Assembly (NCBI GenBank): GCA_031411295.1 | Contig: JANOAV010000035.1 | Coordinates: 68,926-132,925 of the forward strand | Direction: 5' to 3' | Length of the DNA stretch: 64,000 bases | Source of the DNA: Verrucomicrobiales bacterium | Lineage (GTDB): Bacteria; Verrucomicrobiota; Verrucomicrobiia; Verrucomicrobiales; V1-33 | Shown here: piece after piece, positions 56,128 through 64,000 of the stretch | Layout: the number at the start of each line of letters is the position of its first letter | Numbering within the stretch: position 1 is the stretch's first letter | The notes under the pieces: generated by a model | What the model was told of the DNA's origin: nothing | Databases searched by the model: none | Seen by the model: only the letters and a program-made list of their open reading frames with translations | Position numbers and translations under genes: made by a program

Positions 56128-56751
56128 ATGAAACACCAAATAGTCCTTACTCTCGTGGCCTTCTCTGGCCTGCTTCACATGGCCCAGGCGGATCTCGTGA
56201 TGGTCCAGGAAACCACCGTAGGCGAAATCAAGACACGCACCACGATGTCCCTCAAAGGCGAGCGCATGCGCACGGACAGCAGCACGGAAACATCCGTCAT
56301 CATCAACACCGCCACGGGCGATATGACGACCTTGGTGCATGAGCAAAAAATGGTCATGACCATGAATACTAAAACCCTGAATGAGCCACTGCCAGTCGGG
56401 GTAAAACCCATCGAGATCACGCCGCCCAAGGTAACCGCCACCGGCAAGAAAGAAAAAGTCGATGGCTATGAGTGCGAAATCTACACCCTTGAGTCGATGG
56501 GCACGGTGGTGAAAATGTGGATGACCAAAGACTATCCTAATTTGGAGAAACTCAAAAAGCAGTTGGAACCTCTCCAAAAGATGGGCACCCCAGGAGCCCC
56601 GAAGCCCCCTGAAATTCCCGGCATGATGATCAAGTCGGAAAATGAGCAGGCCGGCCTGAAGTTTACCACCCGCCTCGTCAGCCTGGAGGAGAAGCCCGTC
56701 AGTGAAGAGACGTTTAAAGTCCCTGCTGATTACAAAGCCCCTGGCGCCTAA
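56128..56751 (+). CDS. DUF4412-domain secreted protein
   Basis: Signal peptide MKHQIVLTLVAFSGLLHMAQA, then LVMVQETTVGEIKTRTTMSLKGERMRTD typical of DUF4412. The start is moved from 56050. Confidence 0.7.
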   Translation: MKHQIVLTLVAFSGLLHMAQADLVMVQETTVGEIKTRTTMSLKGERMRTDSSTETSVIINTATGDMTTLVHEQKMVMTMNTKTLNEPLPVGVKPIEITPPKVTATGKKEKVDGYECEIYTLESMGTVVKMWMTKDYPNLEKLKKQLEPLQKMGTPGAPKPPEIPGMMIKSENEQAGLKFTTRLVSLEEKPVSEETFKVPADYKAPGA

Positions 56752-56802
56752 TTCATTCAATTTCCATCAAACTAAAAACCGCTAACCACAACCTAACCTA
56801 CT

Positions 56803-57090
56803 ATGAAAACACTCCAACTCCTCATTCTGTCCGTCGCCCTCACCAGCTCTGTCTTGGCCGATGGCAAAGTTGATTTCAAACCCGACGACACCACCGCCAC
56901 GGTGCTCAAACGCCAAGAGGGCCAACGCGTCGAACTCCGCTTGAAATCAGGCGAAAAAATCAGCGGCAAAGTTGAAGCCCTCGGCCAAAAAGCCGTGCAT
57001 CTCTCCGGTCTCGTCGGCCAGGAAATGTTCGATGCCGTCATCGCTCTCGACGATATCTCCGCCGTGGTGATCCGCACCGCTTCGAAATAG
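56803..57090 (+). CDS. Small secreted protein
   Basis: Signal peptide MKTLQLLILSVALTSSVLA; 95 aa with a beta-rich profile. Confidence 0.55.
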   Translation: MKTLQLLILSVALTSSVLADGKVDFKPDDTTATVLKRQEGQRVELRLKSGEKISGKVEALGQKAVHLSGLVGQEMFDAVIALDDISAVVIRTASK

Positions 57091-57202
57091 TCGCCCCTCG
57101 CCCAAGCCGCCCCACACACAAGCGCCGACTGGCCTCCCGCTGGTCGGGGTTCTGTGCGTCCGACCTCTATTGACAATTGCAAAAGATTCGACAGCAAAAA
57201 CT

Positions 57203-57274
57203 GTAGACGTCGAGGTAACGAGACCTTCGCGAGGCCATGTAGAATAAGCGTTGCGTGGCGCTGGTCTCCTCACG
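57203..57274 (+). repeat. Hairpin repeat family R2, copy C
   Basis: GTAGACGTCGAGGTAACGAGACC..GCTGGTCTCCTCACGTCGCCCTCCAC, located between convergent genes. Confidence 0.6.
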
Positions 57275-57353
57275 TCGCCCTCCACGGTCAGGCCAGACCT
57301 TTTGCGAATGTCAATCTCGTGGGATTTCGTAACCGCAAGGTTCGTCTAAAGCA

Positions 57354-58613
57354 CTACAGCTTCACCCGTGGATCTTGCTTCCGGATCATTTCCACTGCAG
57401 CCGCATGATCTGCCACAATGCCCGCCTCCACCAACCAGGCCGCCAGGACCGTGGCTGAACGAAAAAGGCCCAACTGGCAATGCACGAGCACGGTGTGACT
57501 CTGATGATGGGTCCGGATAAACCCGATCGCCTCACGCACGGCAGCTTCCGGGGGCGGCACCAAATCGAGCAGCGGGACATTGCGATACGTTGCCCGTTCA
57601 CGAAAGGCGTGCGGGGCGTTTCCTTCAGCGGTTAGGTCCAACACCGCCAACGGCCCCCGAGCCACCAGTTCGTCGGCTTCACGCTGCGTGTGTCGTCTGC
57701 CGAGCAATAATCCCGGGGAGATTTCATGGGCGGATGGACCTCCCAGATGCGGATGCTGGACGGCCCGCGCGATCAGAATCCATGGGAGCAGACACCACTC
57801 AGCGGCTGGTGAGAGGGTTCCGTTTTCTTTTCCCAAGAGGCGAGCATCGCGTCGGAGGTAAGCCAGAGCCACGATGCCACAAGCAACTGCTGGCCAGCCA
57901 AACCAAAGCCACCCTCCGCCACACAGGGCGATGGCAGAAAATACCACGGCTAACGCACCTATCCGCAGAGCCATTCTGCGATGCGCGGGCGTGGCAGGTT
58001 CCACGCGACGTGGCGTTGCTGGAATAATCGCCTTGATCAGCCAGCCCATCAGGAAACCGCCTACGACATCGAGAAAGTGATGTTGCCACAGCAGCAGCGT
58101 GGAAATGCCGATGAGCACAAACCAAACTTTCACCACCGTCCGCAACCAGCCACGCAAGTGCCCTGCGTAAGCCACCCAGACGATGGAACGCAAACTGATG
58201 TGCAACGAAGGAGCGAGATTGAAGGGCAGGTCGTTGGCATACAGGGCGCGAAACAACGGAGCCGTCCAACCGCTCGGCTCCGGTCGTTCCCAGCCAAACT
58301 TCATGGGAAAGAGCAGAAAGAAAATGGCGGTGGCCAAGACCACGACAATCAGTCGCGTGGTTAGTAATCGAAGCTCTGCGCGGGTGGCGCAGAGGAAAAA
58401 CGCCCCACAGAAGAACAAATCCAGCGTCCAGTAGGGCACGACCAACCACGGGACGAATGGAAGGCTGCGCTCCCACGCGAAATAGCATGTGCCCACATCC
58501 GTGCGGGTGGCGGTAAATTGATTGCACCCGCCATACACTAGGATAAAAACCGCCCCTGCCAAGGCGAGAGAACCCAGCGCACGCCAAAATAGTCCAGGTT
58601 CTCGCGCACTCAT
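57354..58613 (-). CDS. PAP2-like membrane phosphatase fused to a dual-specificity (HCx5R) phosphatase domain
   Basis: A multi-TM N-terminal half with PAP2/IPC-synthase-like motifs (PSLH, WQHHFLDVVGG). The C-terminal half has VLVHCQLGLFRSATV (the HCxxGxxRS P-loop). Confidence 0.75.
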   Translation of the reverse strand: MSAREPGLFWRALGSLALAGAVFILVYGGCNQFTATRTDVGTCYFAWERSLPFVPWLVVPYWTLDLFFCGAFFLCATRAELRLLTTRLIVVVLATAIFFLLFPMKFGWERPEPSGWTAPLFRALYANDLPFNLAPSLHISLRSIVWVAYAGHLRGWLRTVVKVWFVLIGISTLLLWQHHFLDVVGGFLMGWLIKAIIPATPRRVEPATPAHRRMALRIGALAVVFSAIALCGGGWLWFGWPAVACGIVALAYLRRDARLLGKENGTLSPAAEWCLLPWILIARAVQHPHLGGPSAHEISPGLLLGRRHTQREADELVARGPLAVLDLTAEGNAPHAFRERATYRNVPLLDLVPPPEAAVREAIGFIRTHHQSHTVLVHCQLGLFRSATVLAAWLVEAGIVADHAAAVEMIRKQDPRVKL

Positions 58614-60349
58614 TTTTGTGCCATGGACACCGTGAAGATTCCGAAATCATCGGTCCATTGCCGCACCTTGCTGAAGCCAGGCTCGCGCACGAGCGCATCC
58701 ATTTCTCCCTGCGGCCGACGACGCATGATCCAGGGTTTTCCATCGCGATTCGTCAGCGTGCGGGCGATCATTTCCACTTGGGGATGCCAGGGTTGCCCCG
58801 TGTAAATGAGCCAGCCTCCGACGGGCAACGCAGCATAAATTCCACGCAGCGAACGCCGCAGCGGCTCGTTGTCAGGAAATAATTCGTAGAGACCGGAAAC
58901 CACCACCACCAAAGGCTGGGGACTCACCGTGGCCAGGGAGGACTCATTGAAGGCGTCGCCTCGCTCGTGCGTGATGCGATCGGCTAGTCCGCGTTCCGTG
59001 GCATTGGCGCGACCGGTCGCCAGGGCGGATTCGCTCCAGTCGCGACACAGTATCGTGAGGTCCGTTCCTTCGGTTTTATCATCCAATAAATCCAGCAAAT
59101 ACCGTCCTGCACCGCCCGCCACATCCATGAGCCGCACCGGCAGTCCAGCCTGCCGCACGGCCTGCATGCAAGAGCGGAGCGCTTCGTTCATGCACTGGCG
59201 TCGTTGCCGAATGCCCCGCCAGCCAATGGCGTCCAGATAACCCCGATCAATGAGTTTCCCCAGACCAAGCCCGCCCCGTGCTTCATTTTCGTAAACGTAG
59301 TCCAGCGATTCCCCTGAATCGAAGCCTGTGGCCAAGCCGACCCGAATCCCTTGGCTGAGTTTCCCCAGCGTTTTCATGGAGAGCCGCTGGGCGGCAAAAC
59401 TAAGATTTTTCAATGACATCGTGGGCAATGGACCCAGCAACGATTGATACTCGGCGTGGGTGGCTGGATGTGATAAATCATGCCGCAGCACGGGACGCGG
59501 AGCGATATCGAATCTCCGCAACGCAAAATCGCGAATGGCAGCCGTCACTTCATCGCGACACAAATCATGGAAGATCGCATGCCGCGCATCCTGCAAGGTG
59601 ATGTGCTCCTTCTCGGTGGATCCGTAGTTGGTGAAGAAGCGGTTCAGGGATGCCCGCGTCACGACCCGGTCGGCGGTGGCGGAGAAAAAGAGCAACGGAC
59701 GATCCATCACCATCGCATCGCTAATCACGCGTTGGGAGGCATCGAATAGATCCACCAAAATGCGGGCGGAGATGTCTTTGGAAATTTTAGTGTCCGCATC
59801 ATAAACCGCTGCGGCCACAGGGTCGCGCGTCAGCCAGTCACCTTGCACATAGCTTTTAATGATCGTGGCCGGCTTCAGCTTTAGCAGCAGTCGAATCGAA
59901 GCCAGCGCGCCTGGCACGATAAGATTGACATCGAAGGCCGGAGTAGCCAGCACCAAGCCCGCTAGTTGCGGTGCGTAGTCGTGCACCCAGGTCGCAGCAA
60001 TGACAGCTCCGACACTGTGTGCTACGAGCACGATCCTTTCCTCACCGATCCCGTGGGTGGTTTTGATATGCGCAAAAAACTCCGCCAAATCCCTGACATA
60101 TTGCATGAAGCAGGTCGCATGACCGCGCTTGCCATCGGAGTCACCATGCCCCCGGGCAGACCAAGCGAAGATGCTGGTGTCCCGCAGGACCAAGCCGGGC
60201 ACTACGGAATCCCAGCGATCCGCATGTTCATGACCACGGTGCAGCAGCACCAGCGCGCGCTTGGCTCCGCCTTCGGGAACCCATGATTTATAATGGATGG
60301 AGGCCCCATCACTGGCTTGGAACGTGAGTTGGTTTGGCGTAGGCGTCAT
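58610..60349 (-). CDS. Bifunctional alpha/beta hydrolase (lysophospholipase-like) / class I SAM-dependent methyltransferase
   Basis: GxSxG nucleophile elbow VAHSVGAV in the N-terminal half. SAM-binding DVAGGAGRYLLD in the C-terminal half. A 4-nt overlap with the downstream gene. Confidence 0.75.
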   Translation of the reverse strand: MTPTPNQLTFQASDGASIHYKSWVPEGGAKRALVLLHRGHEHADRWDSVVPGLVLRDTSIFAWSARGHGDSDGKRGHATCFMQYVRDLAEFFAHIKTTHGIGEERIVLVAHSVGAVIAATWVHDYAPQLAGLVLATPAFDVNLIVPGALASIRLLLKLKPATIIKSYVQGDWLTRDPVAAAVYDADTKISKDISARILVDLFDASQRVISDAMVMDRPLLFFSATADRVVTRASLNRFFTNYGSTEKEHITLQDARHAIFHDLCRDEVTAAIRDFALRRFDIAPRPVLRHDLSHPATHAEYQSLLGPLPTMSLKNLSFAAQRLSMKTLGKLSQGIRVGLATGFDSGESLDYVYENEARGGLGLGKLIDRGYLDAIGWRGIRQRRQCMNEALRSCMQAVRQAGLPVRLMDVAGGAGRYLLDLLDDKTEGTDLTILCRDWSESALATGRANATERGLADRITHERGDAFNESSLATVSPQPLVVVVSGLYELFPDNEPLRRSLRGIYAALPVGGWLIYTGQPWHPQVEMIARTLTNRDGKPWIMRRRPQGEMDALVREPGFSKVRQWTDDFGIFTVSMAQK

Positions 60350-60358
60350 TTTGCAATA

Positions 60359-61294
60359 TTAGGTAAAGTGGTAACGAACGAGGTGGAAGAACACAGGCGC
60401 AGCGAAGCATAGTGAATCCAGACGATCCATGATGCCGCCGTGGCCGGGAATCAGATCGCCATAGTCTTTAACGCCCCGGTCCCGCTTCACAGCGGACATC
60501 ACGAGGCCACCGAAGAATCCCATGGCCACAATCACAGCGGACATGCCAGCGGCCTGGAGTGGGGTAAATGGCGTGATCCACCAGAGTGAGGCGCCTGCGG
60601 CACAAGCGGACAACCCGCCTCCGATCAAGCCTCCCCACGTTTTGCTGGGACTGACCAGAGGTGCCACCTTGCGACGCCCGCAGAGTTTTCCCCAAGTGTA
60701 TTGCAGCACATCCGAGATCTGCACGACAAAGAAGAGAAAGAATATCAGGAAGGCATTGCGACCGGTATAGCCGGGAATTTCCAGCACATGCAAGGCGGGC
60801 GCGTAGCTGGCGAAATACACTGCCACCATGAGCCCCCATTGGATCTTGGTCGTGCGTTCCAGGAAATTTGCCGTATCTCCGGCCAGCGCACTTCGCATGG
60901 GAATGAAGAGAAAGGCATAGACGGGAATGAGCACCGTAAACAGACCATACCAATGGGTGGCCACCGTCCAATAGTGCAGCGGAGTGATGATGAAGAAGGC
61001 CCAGAAAAGCACGCGATGATCTCCCCGTCGCGTCGGTGTTAGGGTAATGAATTCCCGCAGGGCGAAGAATGATGCCAGGCCAAAGAGAATCAACGTGGCG
61101 CGCTCCCCGCCGAACAATGCGCCGCCAATGAAGACGCTCATGATCCACCAGGCATTGACGCGCGCGACGAGATTCGCCACCACGCGCTGACCTCCTTCGC
61201 TCTTTACGGTGCGTTTCATAATCTCCCCGACCAGCGATCCTACCAAGAGGATGCTGAGAACGATGATGACGAGTAATTTAGCGTCGTGATTCAT
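60359..61294 (-). CDS. cdsA: Phosphatidate cytidylyltransferase family protein
   Basis: Multi-TM protein with the CDS signature SAVKRDRGVKDYGDLIPGHGGIMDRLDS. Confidence 0.85.
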   Translation of the reverse strand: MNHDAKLLVIIVLSILLVGSLVGEIMKRTVKSEGGQRVVANLVARVNAWWIMSVFIGGALFGGERATLILFGLASFFALREFITLTPTRRGDHRVLFWAFFIITPLHYWTVATHWYGLFTVLIPVYAFLFIPMRSALAGDTANFLERTTKIQWGLMVAVYFASYAPALHVLEIPGYTGRNAFLIFFLFFVVQISDVLQYTWGKLCGRRKVAPLVSPSKTWGGLIGGGLSACAAGASLWWITPFTPLQAAGMSAVIVAMGFFGGLVMSAVKRDRGVKDYGDLIPGHGGIMDRLDSLCFAAPVFFHLVRYHFT

Positions 61295-61890
61295 TGGGGC
61301 CGAAGATTGTTGAGCGCTGCGCGAGCGCGATTGAGGAAGGTGGCCTTGGACTCCTCGGCATCGAACGCCACGGGGGCTCCGAAGTGCACGGAACAGAGCA
61401 TCGGCACCGGCAAAATTTCACCCTTGGGTAGGACTCGGTTCAAGTTATCGATGAACACCGGGATCAACTCCACGTCCGGCCGCGCTGCCGCCAAATAATG
61501 CAAGCCAGGCTTGAAGTCGCCCAAGTCACCTCCCGAAAGCCTAGTGCCTTCAGGAAAAATGATCAGCGATGATCCGGCGGCCAAGGCCTCCAGCATGGGT
61601 GTTAGCGGATTATTGGCCCGCGTGACGCGTTGGCGCTCGATGAGCACCGCCCGGAAAACGTGTTTCGCCAGATAGCCACGGAAGCGCGTGCTCCAGTAAT
61701 CCTTGGCACCCACGGGGCGCGTGGTCTTGCGCAGCACAGTTGGAAGCGCTGACCAGAGCAGCACGAAATCAAGATTGCTCGTGTGATTAGCAAAATAGAT
61801 GCGCTGACGTCGGTCCGGCAAGCATCCGTTCCAACGGGGCGTGCCGCCCGTAAGAAAACGCGTGGTGAATGCAAGGAGGCGTCCGATCAT
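61291..61890 (-). CDS. Lysophospholipid (1-acyl-glycerol-3-phosphate-type) acyltransferase
   Basis: HX4D motif FANHTSNLD and IFPEGTR. The start is moved to MIGRLLAF (ATG at 61890), which overlaps the upstream stop by ATGA. Confidence 0.8.
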   Translation of the reverse strand: MIGRLLAFTTRFLTGGTPRWNGCLPDRRQRIYFANHTSNLDFVLLWSALPTVLRKTTRPVGAKDYWSTRFRGYLAKHVFRAVLIERQRVTRANNPLTPMLEALAAGSSLIIFPEGTRLSGGDLGDFKPGLHYLAAARPDVELIPVFIDNLNRVLPKGEILPVPMLCSVHFGAPVAFDAEESKATFLNRARAALNNLRPQ

Positions 61891-62555
61891 GGTAGCTTGG
61901 TGTAAATGTGGCACACGCGGCGGGCCGCTGTGATGGCTGTCAGCACCGCAATGACTAGCAACGCAATCTGGAGTAACGGGACGTCTGTTTTGACTAACGA
62001 CGCCAGCAGACCGACCGTAAGGATAAACATCCGATGTGGTTTGGCGCAAGGGCCGCAGAAGTCCTGACCGAATCCCAGTGATGCGCCGAAGGCGCGAAAA
62101 TAGGCCGTCATAACCGCCAGCGTGGCACAACCCCACCCGAGCTGAGGATGCCCACAGGCAATGCCGGCTGCACCGAGCAGCAATACATCTTCCACGCGGT
62201 CCGGAGCTTCGTTAAAGAGATCTCCCGCCTTCGATTTCAAGCCGCCTTCCACCGCCACCAATCCGTCCAGCATATTACATAGCAGCCGGAGTTGCACCCC
62301 AACGGCCCCCAGCAATAAACCCGCCACAGGTGGCAGCCAACCTTGCGCCATGAGCACCAAAGCCGCCGCCCCCATCCCAGCAAAAACGATCCCCACGACC
62401 GAAATCGCATTGGGTGATAATTTCATCGCAATTAGCCCCCCAGAAAGCGCGCGCGCCCATCCCGTGGTGCGTGATTTAAGCGGGCGTCGAGCGGAGTCGT
62501 CGGGCGGAGTCATAGGATTACCGGGCGGGGTTGGAAGGTTGACCAGAGTTTGCAA
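61887..62555 (-). CDS. CDP-alcohol phosphatidyltransferase family protein
   Basis: Motif DGLVAVEGGLKSKAGDLFNEAPDRVED (DG..A..8..G..D..D) in a multi-TM protein. Confidence 0.85.
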   Translation of the reverse strand: MQTLVNLPTPPGNPMTPPDDSARRPLKSRTTGWARALSGGLIAMKLSPNAISVVGIVFAGMGAAALVLMAQGWLPPVAGLLLGAVGVQLRLLCNMLDGLVAVEGGLKSKAGDLFNEAPDRVEDVLLLGAAGIACGHPQLGWGCATLAVMTAYFRAFGASLGFGQDFCGPCAKPHRMFILTVGLLASLVKTDVPLLQIALLVIAVLTAITAARRVCHIYTKLP

Positions 62556-62663
62556 ACCAGCCTAGGCTTGGATTCCAAGGGGGCAACCCCTCAGTCATCG
62601 GAGACGGCTTCAGTAAAAAGTGTTTCATGGTCAACACAATGCTGCCACTCCACCAAGCCTGCC

Positions 62664-62681
62664 ATAAGACTTTAGTCGGAT
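62664..62681. promoter_or_regulatory. Isolated half-degenerate dyad site between the lipid operon and the esterase gene
   Basis: ATAAGACTTTAGTCGGAT has a site-2-type sequence. No partner sites were found at the expected spacing. Confidence 0.3.
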
Positions 62682-62854
62682 AGAGGTCAGATTGGCAGAA
62701 ACACTACTTCAGCTAAGAGAGCAGGAGCGGCCCGCTCCTTCATTGCTTCATCCGCTCTAAGTCACGCTCTCCCGCAGTGGGTGCCGCGTGCGGAAAGCCA
62801 TTGCCAATCCATTGTCCGCACTCTAGCTTCTCGGATTCAATCCACCAACGCCCG

Positions 62855-63694
62855 ATGAAATCCATGATCCGTTTATTGCTTTGCCTTCTCGTTGCCCCAC
62901 TGGACGCAGCGCCTTCCTATCCACCCACATTCAAAGGCGCGCGAGTCGAGACCTACCGAAAGATCGACTCCACGGAACTGAAGCTTTGGATCTTCGGGGA
63001 GTCGGATCCCAAAGCGCCGAAACCCGCGATAGTGTTCTTCTTTGGCGGTGGTTGGAATGGGGGATCACCAAATCAGTTCGAGCATCAGGCCCGGCATTTT
63101 GCGAAGCGCGGTATGATCGCCATCACCGCCGACTACCGCGTGAAGTCCCGGCAAGGCGTGCAAGTGGTGGAATGCGTGAAAGACGCCAAGGCGGCCATCG
63201 CCTGGGTCCGGGAAAACGCCCAGCGTCTCGGCATCGATCCCAACAAGATTGCCGCGTCTGGAGGCTCCGCCGGAGGTCACCTCGCGGCCAGCACCGGCAC
63301 CCTCAGCGGCTTCGGCAGCGACGAACGTCCGAACGCCATGATCCTTTTCAACCCAGCCTGCACGCTCGCTCCGATCGCGGACTGGCAACCCCCAGGGGCC
63401 ACGGCTGGGCTCAGCACTGAACGACTCGGCGTGGAGGCGCAGGTGCTCTCACCGGCCCATCACATCGGCCCGCACACGCCGCCAACGCTGATTCTCCATG
63501 GCAAGGCGGACACCACGGTGCCCTACGCTTCCGTCGTGGCTTTCGAGCGCGCGATGAAGCAAGCCGACCGGCCGTGCAAGCTGGTCGGCTATGAGGGTGC
63601 AGGCCACGGCTTCTTCAACCGCAATGAGGATTTCGCCAAGACCCTCGCTGAAGCCGACGGTTTCCTCGTGGATCTCGGCTGGCTCAAAAAGTGA
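62855..63694 (+). CDS. Secreted alpha/beta-hydrolase-fold esterase
   Basis: Signal peptide MKSMIRLLLCLLVAPLDA, oxyanion FFFGGGWNGG, nucleophile GGSAGGHLA, and HGKAD near the C-terminus. The start is moved from 62777. Confidence 0.8.
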   Translation: MKSMIRLLLCLLVAPLDAAPSYPPTFKGARVETYRKIDSTELKLWIFGESDPKAPKPAIVFFFGGGWNGGSPNQFEHQARHFAKRGMIAITADYRVKSRQGVQVVECVKDAKAAIAWVRENAQRLGIDPNKIAASGGSAGGHLAASTGTLSGFGSDERPNAMILFNPACTLAPIADWQPPGATAGLSTERLGVEAQVLSPAHHIGPHTPPTLILHGKADTTVPYASVVAFERAMKQADRPCKLVGYEGAGHGFFNRNEDFAKTLAEADGFLVDLGWLKK

Positions 63695-63918
63695 AGTATC
63701 ATTTCTGAATGGCCTTGCGAACTGCCCAGGATTCAGAAGCAAAGACCGATTGGCGGCTCCCAAGGAAACCGCTCAAGTCAAAGGTGGAGCCGCAGCAGCA
63801 AACCCCAAAAAAGCTCCGCCGGGGAAGCGATAAGTGGAACTTGCCAGATGGGGTTGTGGGTGTGATAAGTCACCAAAATCCCCCGTCCATCTCCTGATTT
63901 CACACTAACTTTCATCCC

Positions 63919-64000
63919 ATGCACGACTCCCGTCTCGATCAACTGGCCAAGCAACTCATTAAGAATTCTGTCACCTTGAAGAAGGGGGAGAAGATCCTAA
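63919..64000 (+). CDS. Aminopeptidase, M29 (AmpS/PepS) family, N-terminal fragment; continues off the window
   Basis: Own translation MHDSRLDQLAKQLIKNSVTLKKGEKIL matches the conserved M29 N-terminus (M.D.R...LA..L...SV.L.KGEKVL). Not in the ORF track because it has no in-window stop. Confidence 0.7.
   Translation, partial: MHDSRLDQLAKQLIKNSVTLKKGEKIL

Overview
This is a 64-kb chromosomal window from a moderately GC-rich bacterium of the PVC superphylum, most likely Verrucomicrobiota. The lineage call is an inference from gene content: a PVC-type dehydrogenase-domain protein, a YncE/phosphoesterase fusion, Sel1, FG-GAP and NHL giant secreted proteins, and SHD1, DUF4412 and DUF4870 proteins. 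No rRNA, tRNA or CRISPR array was seen.

Gene content by region:
- 1-35 kb is mostly housekeeping: ribD, grpE-dnaJ, rplY, a histidine kinase (HK) and response regulator (RR) pair, pta, acs, mazG, alaS and serS. It is interspersed with secreted or accessory genes.
- 35.5-57 kb is an accessory sensory/secreted island. It holds three orphan sensor kinases (two are paralogues with a huge beta-propeller sensor), a 1085-aa FG-GAP protein, a 796-aa NHL protein and small membrane or DUF proteins.
- 57.3-62.6 kb is a tightly coupled five-gene phospholipid-type operon.

Most notable observations:
1. alaS carries an in-frame insertion of about 240 codons. It encodes an intact-looking HUH/Y1 (REP-associated tyrosine transposase, RAYT/IS200-like) domain flanked by REP-type hairpins.
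2. An 18-20 bp dyad, TATCCGAC-N4-GTCGGATA, recurs at nine intergenic loci in the island. At six loci it forms a two- or three-site array with conserved 31 bp and 43-45 bp spacing, and a single copy sits in front of each orphan kinase.
3. The otherwise unrelated FG-GAP and NHL genes share a conserved non-coding leader of about 190 nt.
4. Two neighbouring genes each carry a single in-frame stop (TAG, and TGA at an expected Trp).
5. There is a 365-bp imperfect palindrome and a small family of hairpin repeats at gene 3' ends.

The ORF track omits ORFs that run off the window edges (1..1105 minus, 63919..64000 plus). I translated those by eye. All homology statements come from motif recognition, not database searches.
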